Source: Eledone cirrhosa
Taxonomy: Eukaryota
Length of the DNA stretch: 64,000 nt
Assembly: GCA_964016885.1 (NCBI GenBank)
Contig: CAXHJY010001389.1
Location: 113,372-177,371 of the forward strand
Direction of reading: 5' to 3'
The notes beneath the pieces were generated by a model that saw only the letters and a program-made list of their open reading frames with translations, searched no databases and was not told the DNA's origin. The position numbers and the translations under genes were made by a program. Every line of letters starts with the position of its first letter. The stretch's first letter is position 1. Below, in pieces: positions 13,601 through 28,600 of the stretch.

Positions 13601-16600
13601 TGTCCAGTGTACATCTGTAGCCTCTCTCTACTGTCCAGTGTACATCTGTAGCCTCTCTCTACTGTCCAGTGTACATCTGAACCAATCTCTATTGTCCACT
13701 GTACATCTGTAGCCTCTCTCTACTGTCCAGTGTACATCTGTAGCCTATCTCTACTGTCCAGTGTACAACTGTAGCATCTCTCTACTGTCCAGTGTACATC
13801 TGTAGCCTATCTCTACTGTCCAGTGTACATCTGTAGCCTCTCTCTATTGTCCAATGTACATCTGTAGCCTCTCTCTACTGTCCAGTGTACATCTGTAGCC
13901 TATCTCTACTGTCCAGTGTACATCTGTAACCTCTCTCTACTGTCCAGTGTACATCTGTAGCCTATCTCTACTGTCCAGTGTACATCTGTAGCTTCTCTCT
14001 ACTGTCCAGTGTACATCTGTAGCATCTCTCTACTGTCCAGTGTACATCTGTAGCCTATCTCTACTGTCCAGTGTACATCTGTAGCCTATCTTTACTGTCC
14101 AGTGTACATCTGTAGCTTCTCTCTACTGTCCAGTGTACGTCTGTAGCCTATCTCTACTGTACAGTGTACATCTGTAGCCTATCTTTACTGTCCAGTGTAC
14201 ATCTGTAGCTTCTCTCTACTGTCCAGTGTACATCTGTAGCCTATCTCTACTGTCCAGTGTACATCTGTAGCCTGTCTCTACTGTCCAGTGTACATCTGTA
14301 GCCTTCCAGTGTACATCTGTAGCCTATCTCTACTGTCCAGTGTACATCTGTAGCCTATCTTTACCGTCCAGTGTACATCTGTAGCCTATCTCTACTGTCC
14401 AGTGTACATCTGTAGCCTATCTTTACTGTCCAGTGTACATCTGTAGCCTATCTCTACTGTCCAGTGTACATCTGTAGCCTATCTCTACTGTCCAGTGTAC
14501 GTCTGTAGCCTGTCTCTACTGTCCAGTGTACATCTGTAGCTTCTCTCTACTGTCCAGTGTACATCTGTAGCCTCTCTCTACTGTCCAGTGTACATCTGTA
14601 GCCCCTCTCTACTGTCCAGTGTACATCTGTAGCCTGTCTCTACTGTCCAGTGTACATCTGTAGCCTGTCTCTACTGTCCAGTGTACATCTGTAGCTTCTC
14701 TCTACTGTCCACTGTACATCTGTAGCCTCTCTCTACCGTCCAGTGTACATCTGTAGCCTATCTCTACTGTCTAGTGTACATCTGTAGCCTATCTTTACTG
14801 TCCAGTGTACATCTGTAACCTATCTCTACTGTCCAGTGTACATCTGTAGCCTATCTCTACTGTCTAGTGTACATCTGTAGCCTCTCTCTACTGTCCAGTG
14901 TACATCTGTAGCCTTCCAGTGTACATTTGTAGCCTATCTCTACTGTCCAGTGTACATCTGTAGCCTATCTTTACTGTCCAGTGCACATCTGTAGCCTATC
15001 TCTACTGTCTAGTGTACATCTGCAGCCTATCTTTACTGTCCAGTGTACATCTGTAGCCTATCTCTACTGTCCAGTGTACATCTGTAGCCTATCTCTACTG
15101 TCTAGTGTACATCTGTAGCCTCTCTCTACTGTCCAGTGTACATCTGTAGCCTTCCAGTGTACATTTGTAGCCTATCTCTACTGTCCAGTGTACATCTGTA
15201 GCCTATCTTTACTGTCCAGTGTACATCTGTAGCCTATCTCTACTGTCTAGTGTACATCTGTAGCCTATCTTTACTGTCCAGTGTACATCTGTAGCCTATC
15301 TCTACTGTCCAGTGTACATCTGTAGCCTATCTCTACTGTCTAGTGTACATCTGTAGCCTATCTTTACTGTCCAGTGTACATCTGTAGCCTATCTCTACTG
15401 TCTAGTGCACATCTGTAGCCTATCTTTACTGTCCAGTGTACATCTGTAGCCTATCTCTACTGTCCAGTGTACATCTGTAGCCTATCTCTACTGTCTAGTG
15501 TACATCTGTAGCCTCTCTCTACTGTCCAGTGTACATCTGTAGCCTTCCAGTGTACATTTGTAGCCTATCTCTACTGTCCAGTGTACATCTGTAGCCTATC
15601 TTTACTGTCCAGTGTACATCTGTAGCCTATCTCTACTGTCCAGTGTACATCTGTAGCCTATCTCTACTGTCTAGTGTACATTTGTAGCCTATCTCTACTG
15701 TCCAGTGTACATCTGTAGCCTATCTCTACTGTCTAGTGTACATCTGTAGCCTCTCTACTGTCCAGTGTACATCTGTAGCCTTCCAGTGTACATCTGTAGC
15801 CTATCTCTACTGTCCAGTGTACATCTGTAGCCTATCTTTACCGTCCAGTGTACATCTGTAGCCTATCTCTACTGTCCAGTGTACATCTGTAGCCTATCTT
15901 TACTGTCCAGTGTACATCTGTAGCCTCTCTCTACTGTCCAGTGTACATCTGTAGCCTATCTCTACTGTCTAGTGCACATCTGTAGCCTATCTTTACTGTC
16001 CAGTGTACATCTGTAGCCTATCTCTACTGTCCAGTGTACATCTGTAGCCTCTCTCTACTGTCCAGTGTATATCTGTAGCCTCTCTCTACTGTCCAGTGTA
16101 CATCTGTAGCCTATCTCTACTGTCCAGTGTACATCTGTAGCCTCTCTCTACTGTCCAGTGTACATCTGTAGCCTATCTCTACTGTCCAGTGTACATCTGT
16201 AGCTTCTCTCTACTGTCCAGTGTACATCTGTAGTATCTCTCTACTGTCCAGTGTACATCTGTAGCCTATCTCTACTGTCCAGTGTACATCTGTAGACTAT
16301 CTTTACTGTCCAGTGTACATCTGTAGCTTCTCTCTACTGTCCAGTGTACATCTGTAGCCTATCTCTACTGTACAGTGTACATCTGTAGCCTGTCTCTACT
16401 GTCCAGTGTACATCTGTAGCCTGCCTCTACTGTCCAGTGTACATGTGTAGCTTCTCTCTACTGTCCAGTGTACATCTGTAGCCTATCTCTACTGTACAGT
16501 GTACATCTGTAGCCTCTCTACTGTCCAGTGTACATCTGTAGCCTTCCAGTGTACATCTGTAGCCTATCTCTACTGTCCAGTGTACATCTGTAGCCTATCT

Positions 16601-19600
16601 TTACCGTCCAGTGTACATCTGTAGCCTATCTCTACTGTCCAGTGTACATCTGTAGCCTATCTTTACTGTCCAGTGTACATCTGTAGCCTCTCTCTACTGT
16701 CCAGTGTACATCTGTAGCCTATCTCTACTGTCTAGTGTACATCTGTAGCCTATCTTTACTGTCCAGTGTACATCTGTAGCCTATCTCTACTGTCCAGTGT
16801 ACATCTGTAGCCTCTCTCTACTGTCCAGTGTATATCTGTAGCCTCTCTCTACTGTCCAGTGTACATCTGTAGCCTATCTCTACTTTCCAGTGTACATCTG
16901 TAGCCTCTCTCTACTGTCCAGTGTACATCTGTAGCCTATCTCTACTGTCCAGTGTACATCTGTAGCTTCTCTCTACTGTCCAGTGTACATCTGTAGTATC
17001 TCTCTACTGTCCAGTGTACATCTGTAGCCTATCTCTACTGTCCAGTGTACATCTGTAGCCTATCTTTACTGTCCAGTGTACATCTGTAGCTTCTCTCTAC
17101 TGTCCAGTGTACATCTGTAGCCTATCTCTACTGTACAGTGTACATCTGTAGCCTGTCTCTACTGTCCAGTGTACATCTGTAGCCTGCCTCTACTGTCCAG
17201 TGTACATGTGTAGCTTCTCCCTACTGTTCAGTGTACATCTGTAGCCTCTCTCTACTGTCCAGTGTACATCTGTAGCCTCTCTCTACTGTCCAGTGTACAT
17301 CTGTAGCCTGTCTCTACTGTCCAGTGTACATCTGTAGCCTGTCTCTACTGTCCAGTGTACATCTGTAGCTTCTCTCTACTGTCCAGTGTACATCTGTAGC
17401 CTCTCTCTACTGTCCAGTGTACATCTGTAGCCTCTCTCTACTGTCCAGTGTACATCTGTAGCCTGTCTCTACTGTCCAGTGTTCATCTATAGCCTGTCTC
17501 TACTGTCCAGTGTACATCTGTAGCTTCTCTCTACTGTCCAGTGTACATCTGTAGCCTCTCTCTACTGTCCAGTGTACATCTGTAGCTTCTCTCTACTGTC
17601 TAGTGTACATCTGTAGCCTATCTCTACTGTACAGTGTACATCTGTAGCCTATCTTTACTGTCCAGTGTACATCTGTAGCCTATCTCTACTGTCTAGTGTA
17701 CATCTGTAGCCTATCTTTACTGTCCAGTGTACATCTGTAGCCTATCTCTACTGTCTAGTGTACATCTGTAGCCTATCTTTACTGTCCATTGTACATCTGT
17801 AGCCTATCTCTACTGGCCAGTGTACATCTGTAGCCTATCTCTACTGTCCAGTGTACATCTGTAGCCTATCTCTACTGTCTAGTGTACATCTGTAGCCTCT
17901 CTCTACTGTCCAGTGTACATCTGTAGCTTCTCTCTACTGTCCAGTGTACATTTGTAGCCTCTCTCTACTGTCCAGTGTACATCTGTAGCCTATTTCTACT
18001 GTCCAGTGTACATCTGTAGCCTCTCTCTACTGTCCAGTGTACATCTGAACCAATCTCTATTGTCCAGTGTACATCTGTAGCCTCTCTCTACTGTCCAGTG
18101 TACATCTGTAGCCTATCTCTACTGTCCAGTGTACATCTGTAGCATCTCTCTACTGTCCAGTGTACATCTGTAGCCTATCTCTACTGTCCACTGTACATCT
18201 GTAGCATCTCTCTACTGTCCAGTGTACATCTGTAGCCTATCTCTACTGTCCAGTGTACATCTGTAGCCTCTCTCTATTGTCCAGTGTACATCTGTAGCCT
18301 CTCTCTACTGTCCAGTGTACATCTGTAGCCTATCTCTACTGTCCAGTGTACATCTGTAGCCTCTCTCTACTGTCCAGTGTACATCTGTAGCCTATCTCTA
18401 CTGTCCAGTGTACATCTGTAGCTTCTCTCTACTGTCCAGTGTACATCTGTAGCATCTCTCTACTGTCCAGTGTACATCTGTAGCCTATCTCTACTGTCCA
18501 GTGTACATCTGTAGCCTATCTCTACTGTCCAGTGTACATCTGTAGCTTCTCTCTACTGTCCAGTGTACATCTGTAGCCTATCTCTACTGTACTGTGTACA
18601 TCTGTAGCCTATCTTTACTGTCCAGTGTACATCTGTAGCTTCTCTCTACTGTCCAGTGTACATCAGTAGCTTCTCTCTACTGTCCAGTGTACATCTGTAG
18701 CCTCTCTCTACTGTCCAGTGTACATCTGTAGCCTCTCTACTGTCCAGTGTACATCTGTAGCCTGTCTCTACTGTCCAGTGTACATCTGTAGCCTGTCTCT
18801 ACTGTCCAGTGTACATCTGTAGCTTCTCTCTACTGTCCAGTGTACATCTGTAGCCTCTCTCTACTGTCCAGTGTACATCTGTAGCTTCTCTCTACTGTCC
18901 AGTGTACATCTGTAGCCTATCTCTACTGTACAGTGTACATCTGTAGCCTATCTTTACTGTCCAGTGTACATCTATAGCTTCTCTCTACTGTCCAGTGTAC
19001 ATCTGTAGCCTATCTCTACTGTTCAGTGTACATCTGTAGCCTGTCTCTACTGTCCAGTGTACATCTGTAGCCTGTCTCTACTGTCCAGTGTACATCTGTA
19101 GCTTCTCTCTACTGTCCAGTGTACATCTGTAGCCTCTCTCTACTGTCCAGTGTACATCTGTAGCCTCTCTCTACTGTCCAGTGTACATCTGTAGCCTGTC
19201 TCTACTGTCCAGTGTACATCTGTAGCCTGTCTCTACTGTCCAGTGTACATCTGTAGCTTCTCTCTACTGTCCAGTGTACATCTGTAGCCTCTCTCTACCG
19301 TCCAGTGTACATCTGTAGCCTATCTCTACTGTCTAGTGTACATCTGTAGCCTATCTTTACTGTCCAGTGTACATCTGTAGCCTATCTCTACTGTCCAGTG
19401 TACATCTGTAGCCTATCTCTACTGTCTAGTGTACATCTGTAGCCTCTCTCTACTGTCCAGTGTACATCTGTAGCCTTCCAGTGTACATTTGTAGCCTATC
19501 TCTACTGTCCAGTGTACATCTGTAGCCTATCTTTACTGTCCAGTGTACATCTGTAGCCTATCTCTACTGTCTAGTGTACATCTGTAGCCTATCTTTACTG

Positions 19601-22600
19601 TCCAGTGTACATCTGTAGCCTATCTCTACTGTCCAGTGTACATCTGTAGCCTATCTCTACTGTCTAGTGTACATCTGTAGCCTATCTTTACTGTCCAGTG
19701 TACATCTGTAGCCTATCTCTACTGTCTAGTGTACATCTGTAGCCTATCTTTACTGTCCAGTGTACATCTGTAGCCTATCTCTACTGTCCAGTGTACATCT
19801 GTAGCCTATCTCTACTGTCTAGTGTACATCTGTAGCCTCTCTCTACTGTCCAGTGTACATCTGTAGCCTTCCAGTGTACATTTGTAGCCTATCTCTACTG
19901 TCCAGTGTACATCTGTAGCCTATCTTTACTGTCCAGTGTACATCTGTAGCCTATCTTTACTGTCCAGTGTACATCTGTAGCCTATCTCTACTGTCTAGTG
20001 TACATCTGTAGCCTATCTCTACTGTCCAGTGTACATCTGTAGCCTATCTCTACTGTCTAGTGTACATCTGTAGCCTCTCTACTGTCCAGTGTACATCTGT
20101 AGCCTTCCAGTGTACATCTGTAGCCTATCTCTACTGTCCAGTGTACATCTGTAGCCTATCTTTACCGTCCAGTGTACATCTGTAGCCTATCTCTACTGTC
20201 CAGTGTACATCTGTAGCCTATCTTTACTGTCCAGTGTACATCTGTAGCCTATCTCTACTGTCCAGTGTACATCTGTAGCCTCTCTCTACTGTCCAGTGTA
20301 CATCTGTAGCCTATCTCTACTGTCTAGTGTACATCTGTAGCCTATCTTTACTGTCCAGTGTACATCTGTAGCCTCTCTCTACTGTCCAGTGTACATCTGT
20401 AGCCTATCTTTACTGTCCAGTGTACATCTGTAGCCTCTCTCTACTGTACAGTGTACATCTGTAGCCTATCTTTACTGTCCAGTGTACATCTGTAGCCTCT
20501 CTCTACTGTCTTGTGTACATCTGTAGCCTATTTCTACTGTCCAGTGTACATCTGTAGCCTCTCTCTACTGTCCAGTGTACATCTGTAGCCTCTCTCTACT
20601 GTCCAGTGTACATCTGAACCAATCTCTATTGTCCACTGTACATCTGTAGCCTCTCTCTACTGTCCAGTGTACATCTGTAGCCTATCTCTACTGTCCAGTG
20701 TACAACTGTAGCATCTCTCTACTGTCCAGTGTACATCTGTAGCCTATCTCTACTGTCCAGTGTACATCTGTAGCCTCTCTCTATTGTCCAATGTACATCT
20801 GTAGCCTCTCTCTACTGTCCAGTGTACATCTGTAGCCTATCTCTACTGTCCAGTGTACATCTGTAACCTCTCTCTACTGTCCAGTGTACATCTGTAGCCT
20901 ATCTCTACTGTCCAGTGTACATCTGTAGCTTCTCTCTACTGTCCAGTGTACATCTGTAGCATCTCTCTACTGTCCAGTGTACATCTGTAGCCTATCTCTA
21001 CTGTCCAGTGTACATCTGTAGCCTATCTTTACTGTCCAGTGTACATCTGTAGCTTCTCTCTACTGTCCAGTGTACGTCTGTAGCCTATCTCTACTGTACA
21101 GTGTACATCTGTAGCCTATCTTTACTGTCCAGTGTACATCTGTAGCTTCTCTCTACTGTCCAGTGTACATCTGTAGCCTATCTCTACTGTCCAGTGTACA
21201 TCTGTAGCCTGTCTCTACTGTCCAGTGTACATCTGTAGCCTTCCAGTGTACATCTGTAGCCTATCTCTACTGTCCAGTGTACATCTGTAGCCTATCTTTA
21301 CCGTCCAGTGTACATCTGTAGCCTATCTCTACTGTCCAGTGTACATCTGTAGCCTATCTTTACTGTCCAGTGTACATCTGTAGCCTATCTCTACTGTCCA
21401 GTGTACATCTGTAGCCTATCTCTACTGTCCAGTGTACGTCTGTAGCCTGTCTCTACTGTCCAGTGTACATCTGTAGCTTCTCTCTACTGTCCAGTGTACA
21501 TCTGTAGCCTCTCTCTACTGTCCAGTGTACATCTGTAGCCCCTCTCTACTGTCCAGTGTACATCTGTAGCCTGTCTCTACTGTCCAGTGTACATCTGTAG
21601 CCTGTCTCTACTGTCCAGTGTACATCTGTAGCTTCTCTCTACTGTCCACTGTACATCTGTAGCCTCTCTCTACCGTCCAGTGTACATCTGTAGCCTATCT
21701 CTACTGTCTAGTGTACATCTGTAGCCTATCTTTACTGTCCAGTGTACATCTGTAACCTATCTCTACTGTCCAGTGTACATCTGTAGCCTATCTCTACTGT
21801 CTAGTGTACATCTGTAGCCTCTCTCTACTGTCCAGTGTACATCTGTAGCCTTCCAGTGTACATTTGTAGCCTATCTCTACTGTCCAGTGTACATCTGTAG
21901 CCTATCTTTACTGTCCAGTGCACATCTGTAGCCTATCTCTACTGTCTAGTGTACATCTGCAGCCTATCTTTACTGTCCAGTGTACATCTGTAGCCTATCT
22001 CTACTGTCCAGTGTACATCTGTAGCCTATCTCTACTGTCTAGTGTACATCTGTAGCCTCTCTCTACTGTCCAGTGTACATCTGTAGCCTTCCAGTGTACA
22101 TTTGTAGCCTATCTCTACTGTCCAGTGTACATCTGTAGCCTATCTTTACTGTCCAGTGTACATCTGTAGCCTATCTCTACTGTCTAGTGTACATCTGTAG
22201 CCTATCTTTACTGTCCAGTGTACATCTGTAGCCTATCTCTACTGTCCAGTGTACATCTGTAGCCTATCTCTACTGTCTAGTGTACATCTGTAGCCTATCT
22301 TTACTGTCCAGTGTACATCTGTAGCCTATCTCTACTGTCTAGTGCACATCTGTAGCCTATCTTTACTGTCCAGTGTACATCTGTAGCCTATCTCTACTGT
22401 CCAGTGTACATCTGTAGCCTATCTCTACTGTCTAGTGTACATCTGTAGCCTCTCTCTACTGTCCAGTGTACATCTGTAGCCTTCCAGTGTACATTTGTAG
22501 CCTATCTCTACTGTCCAGTGTACATCTGTAGCCTATCTTTACTGTCCAGTGTACATCTGTAGCCTATCTCTACTGTCCAGTGTACATCTGTAGCCTATCT

Positions 22601-25600
22601 CTACTGTCTAGTGTACATTTGTAGCCTATCTCTACTGTCCAGTGTACATCTGTAGCCTATCTCTACTGTCTAGTGTACATCTGTAGCCTCTCTACTGTCC
22701 AGTGTACATCTGTAGCCTTCCAGTGTACATCTGTAGCCTATCTCTACTGTCCAGTGTACATCTGTAGCCTATCTTTACCGTCCAGTGTACATCTGTAGCC
22801 TATCTCTACTGTCCAGTGTACATCTGTAGCCTATCTTTACTGTCCAGTGTACATCTGTAGCCTCTCTCTACTGTCCAGTGTACATCTGTAGCCTATCTCT
22901 ACTGTCTAGTGCACATCTGTAGCCTATCTTTACTGTCCAGTGTACATCTGTAGCCTATCTCTACTGTCCAGTGTACATCTGTAGCCTCTCTCTACTGTCC
23001 AGTGTATATCTGTAGCCTCTCTCTACTGTCCAGTGTACATCTGTAGCCTATCTCTACTGTCCAGTGTACATCTGTAGCCTCTCTCTACTGTCCAGTGTAC
23101 ATCTGTAGCCTATCTCTACTGTCCAGTGTACATCTGTAGCTTCTCTCTACTGTCCAGTGTACATCTGTAGTATCTCTCTACTGTCCAGTGTACATCTGTA
23201 GCCTATCTCTACTGTCCAGTGTACATCTGTAGACTATCTTTACTGTCCAGTGTACATCTGTAGCTTCTCTCTACTGTCCAGTGTACATCTGTAGCCTATC
23301 TCTACTGTACAGTGTACATCTGTAGCCTGTCTCTACTGTCCAGTGTACATCTGTAGCCTGCCTCTACTGTCCAGTGTACATGTGTAGCTTCTCTCTACTG
23401 TTCAGTGTACATCTGTAGCCTCTCTCTACTGTCCAGTGTACATCTGTAGCCTCTCTCTACTGTCCAGTGTACATCTGTAGCCTGTCTCTACTGTCCAGTG
23501 TACATCTGTAGCCTGTCTCTACTGTCCAGTGTACATCTGTAGCTTCTCTCTACTGTCCAGTGTACATCTGTAGCCTCTCTCTACTGTCCAGTGTACATCT
23601 GTAGCCTCTCTCTACTGTCCAGTGTACATCTGTAGCCTGTCTCTACTGTCCAGTGTTCATCTATAGCCTGTCTCTACTGTCCAGTGTACATCTGTAGCTT
23701 CTCTCTACTGTCCAGTGTACATCTGTAGCCTCTCTCTACTGTCCAGTGTACATCTGTAGCTTCTCTCTACTGTCCAGTGTACATCTGTAGCCTATCTCTA
23801 CTGTACAGTGTACATCTGTAGCCTATCTTTACTGTCCAGTGTACATCTGTAGCCTATCTCTACTGTCTAGTGTACATCTGTAGCCTATCTTTACTGTCCA
23901 GTGTACATCTGTAGCCTATCTCTACTGTCTAGTGTACATCTGTAGCCTATCTTTACTGTCCAGTGTACATCTGTAGCCTATCTCTACTGTCCAGTGTACA
24001 TCTGTAGCCTATCTCTACTGTCTAGTGTACATCTGTAGCCTCTCTCTACTGTCCAGTGTACATCTGTAGCCTTCCAGTGTACATTTGTAGCCTATCTCTA
24101 CTGTCCAGTGTACATCTGTAGCCTATCTTTACTGTCCAGTGTACATCTGTAGCCTATCTCTACTGTCCAGTGTACATCTGTAGCCTATCTCTACTGTCTA
24201 GTGTACATCTGTAGCCTATCTCTACTGTCCAGTGTACATCTGTAGCCTATCTTTACTGTCTAGTGTACATCTGTAGCCTCTCTACTGTCCAGTGTACATC
24301 TGTAGCCTTCCAGTGTACATCTGTAGCCTATCTCTACTGTCCAGTGTACATCTGTAGCCTATCTTTACCGTCCAGTGTACATCTGTAGCCTATCTCTACT
24401 GTCCAGTGTACATCTGTAGCCTATCTTTACTGTCCAATGTACATCTGTAGCCTCTCTCTACTGTCCAGTGTACATCTGTAGCCTATCTCTACTGTCTAGT
24501 GTACATCTGTAGCCTATCTTTACTGTCCAGTGTACATCTGTAGCCTATCTCTACTGTCCAGTGTACATCTGTAGCCTCTCTCTACTGTCCAGTGTATATC
24601 TGTAGCCTCTCTCTACTGTCCAGTGTACATCTGTAGCCTATCTCTACTGTCCAGTGTACATCTGTAGCCTCTCTCTACTGTCCAGTGTACATCTGTAGCC
24701 TATCTCTACTGTCCAGTGTACATCTGTAGCTTCTCTCTACTGTCCAGTGTACATCTGTAGTATCTCTCTACTGTCCAGTGTACATCTGTAGCCTATCTCT
24801 ACTGTCCAGTGTACATCTGTAGCCTATCTTTACTGTCCAGTGTACATCTGTAGCTTCTCTCTACTGTCCAGTGTACATCTGTAGCCTATCTCTACTGTAC
24901 AGTGTACATCTGTAGCCTGTCTCTACTGTCCAGTGTACATCTGTAGCCTGCCTCTACTGTCCAGTGTACATGTGTAGCTTCTCTCTACTGTTCAGTGTAC
25001 ATCTGTAGCCTCTCTCTACTGTCCAGTGTACATCTGTAGCCTCTCTCTACTGTCCAGTGTACATCTGTAGCCTGTCTCTACTGTCCAGTGTACATCTGTA
25101 GCCTGTCTCTACTGTCCAGTGTACATCTGTAGCTTCTCTCTACTGTCCAGTGTACATCTGTAGCCTCTCTCTACTGTCCAGTGTACATCTGTAGCCTCTC
25201 TCTACTGTCCAGTGTACATCTGTAGCCTGTCTCTACTGTCCAGTGTTCATCTATAGCCTGTCTCTACTGTCCAGTGTACATCTGTAGCTTCTCTCTACTG
25301 TCCAGTGTACATCTGTAGCCTCTCTCTACTGTCCAGTGTACATCTGTAGCTTCTCTCTACTGTCCAGTGTACATCTGTAGCCTATCTCTACTGTACAGTG
25401 TACATCTGTAGCCTATCTTTACTGTCCAGTGTACATCTGTAGCTTATCTCTACTGTCTAGTGTACATCTGTAGCCTATCTTTACTGTCCAGTGTACATCT
25501 GTAGCCTATCTCTACTGTCTAGTGTACATCTGTAGCCTATCTTTACTGTCCATTGTACATCTGTAGCCTATCTCTACTGGCCAGTGTACATCTGTAGCCT

Positions 25601-28600
25601 ATCTCTACTGTCCAGTGTACATCTGTAGCCTATCTCTACTGTCTAGTGTACATCTGTAGCCTCTCTCTACTGTCCAGTGTACATCTGTAGCTTCTCTCTA
25701 CTGTCCAGTGTACATTTGTAGCCTCTCTCTACTGTCCAGTGTACATCTGTAGCCTATTTCTACTGTCCAGTGTACATCTGTAGCCTCTCTCTACTGTCCA
25801 GTGTACATCTGAACCAATCTCTATTGTCCAGTGTACATCTGTAGCCTCTCTCTACTGTCCAGTGTACATCTGTAGCCTATCTCTACTGTCCAGTGTACAT
25901 CTGTAGCATCTCTCTACTGTCCAGTGTACATCTGTAGCCTATCTCTACTGTCCACTGTACATCTGTAGCATCTCTCTACTGTCCAGTGTACATCTGTAGC
26001 CTATCTCTACTGTCCAGTGTACATCTGTAGCCTCTCTCTATTGTCCAGTGTACATCTGTAGCCTCTCTCTACTGTCCAGTGTACATCTGTAGCCTATCTC
26101 TACTGTCCAGTGTACATCTGTAGCCTCTCTCTACTGTCCAGTGTACATCTGTAGCCTATCTCTACTGTCCAGTGTACATCTGTAGCTTCTCTCTACTGTC
26201 CAGTGTAGATCTGTAGCATCTCTCTACTGTCCAGTGTACATCTGTAGCCTATCTCTACTGTCCAGTGTACATCTGTAGCCTATCTCTACTGTCCAGTGTA
26301 CATCTGTAGCTTCTCTCTACTGTCCAGTGTACATCTGTAGCCTATCTCTACTGTACTGTGTACATCTGTAGCCTATCTTTACTGTCCAGTGTACATCTGT
26401 AGCTTCTCTCTACTGTCCAGTGTACATCAGTAGCTTCTCTCTACTGTCCAGTGTACATCTGTAGCCTCTCTCTACTGTCCAGTGTACATCTGTAGCCTCT
26501 CTCTACTGTCCAGTGTACATCTGTAGCCTGTCTCTACTGTCCAGTGTACATCTGTAGCCTGTCTCTACTGTCCAGTGTACATCTGTAGCTTCTCTCTACT
26601 GTCCAGTGTACATCTGTAGCCTCTCTCTACTGTCCAGTGTACATCTGTAGCTTCTCTCTACTGTCCAGTGTACATCTGTAGCCTATCTCTACTGTACAGT
26701 GTACATCTGTAGCCTATCTTTACTGTCCAGTGTACATCTATAGCTTCTCTCTACTGTCCAGTGTACATCTGTAGCCTATCTCTACTGTCCAGTGTACATC
26801 TGTAGCCTGTCTCTACTGTCCAGTGTACATCTGTAGCCTGTCTCTACTGTCCAGTGTACATCTGTAGCTTCTCTCTACTGTCCAGTGTACATCTGTAGCC
26901 TCTCTCTACTGTCCAGTGTACATCTGTAGCCTCTCTCTACTGTCCAGTGTACATCTGTAGCCTGTCTCTACTGTCCAGTGTACATCTGTAGCCTGTCTCT
27001 ACTGTCCAGTGTACATCTGTAGCTTCTCTCTACTGTCCAGTGTACATCTGTAGCCTCTCTCTACCGTCCAGTGTACATCTGTAGCCTATCTCTACTGTCT
27101 AGTGTACATCTGTAGCCTATCTTTACTGTCCAGTGTACATCTGTAGCCTATCTCTACTGTCCAGTGTACATCTGTAGCCTATCTCTACTGTCTAGTGTAC
27201 ATCTGTAGCCTCTCTCTACTGTCCAGTGTACATCTGTAGCCTTCCAGTGTACATTTGTAGCCTATCTCTACTGTCCAGTGTACATCTGTAGCCTATCTTT
27301 ACTGTCCAGTGTACATCTGTAGCCTATCTCTACTGTCTAGTGTACATCTGTAGCCTATCTTTACTGTCCAGTGTACATCTGTAGCCTATCTCTACTGTCC
27401 AGTGTACATCTGTAGCCTATCTCTACTGTCTAGTGTACATCTGTAGCCTATCTTTACTGTCCAGTGTACATCTGTAGCCTATCTCTACTGTCTAGTGTAC
27501 ATCTGTAGCCTATCTTTACTGTCCAGTGTACATCTGTAGCCTATCTCTACTGTCCAGTGTACATCTGTAGCCTATCTCTACTGTCTAGTGTACATCTGTA
27601 GCCTCTCTCTACTGTCCAGTGTACATCTGTAGCCTTCCAGTGTACATTTGTAGCCTATCTCTACTGTCCAGTGTACATCTGTAGCCTATCTTTACTGTCC
27701 AGTGTACATCTGTAGCCTATCTTTACTGTCCAGTGTACATCTGTAGCCTATCTCTACTGTCTAGTGTACATCTGTAGCCTATCTCTACTGTCCAGTGTAC
27801 ATCTGTAGCCTATCTCTACTGTCTAGTGTACATCTGTAGCCTCTCTACTGTCCAGTGTACATCTGTAGCCTTCCAGTGTACATCTGTAGCCTATCTCTAC
27901 TGTCCAGTGTACATCTGTAGCCTATCTTTACCGTCCAGTGTACATCTGTAGCCTATCTCTACTGTCCAGTGTACATCTGTAGCCTATCTTTACTGTCCAG
28001 TGTACATCTGTAGCCTATCTCTACTGTCCAGTGTACATCTGTAGCCTCTCTCTACTGTCCAGTGTACATCTGTAGCCTATCTCTACTGTCTAGTGTACAT
28101 CTGTAGCCTATCTTTACTGTCCAGTGTACATCTGTAGCCTCTCTCTACTGTCCAGTGTACATCTGTAGCCTATCTTTACTGTCCAGTGTACATCTGTAGC
28201 CTCTCTCTACTGTACAGTGTACATCTGTAGCCTATCTTTACTGTCCAGTGTACATCTGTAGCCTCTCTCTACTGTCCAGTGTACATCTGTAGCCTATCTC
28301 TACTGTCTAGTGTACATCTGTAGCCTATTTCTACTGTCCAGTGTACATCTGTAGCCTCTCTCTACTGTCCAGTGTACATCTGTAGCCTCTCTCTACTGTC
28401 CAGTGTACATCTGAACCAATCTCTATTGTCCACTGTACATCTGTAGCCTCTCTCTACTGTCCAGTGTACATCTGTAGCCTATCTCTACTGTCCAGTGTAC
28501 AACTGTAGCATCTCTCTACTGTCCAGTGTACATCTGTAGCCTATCTCTACTGTCCAGTGTACATCTGTAGCCTCTCTCTATTGTCCAATGTACATCTGTA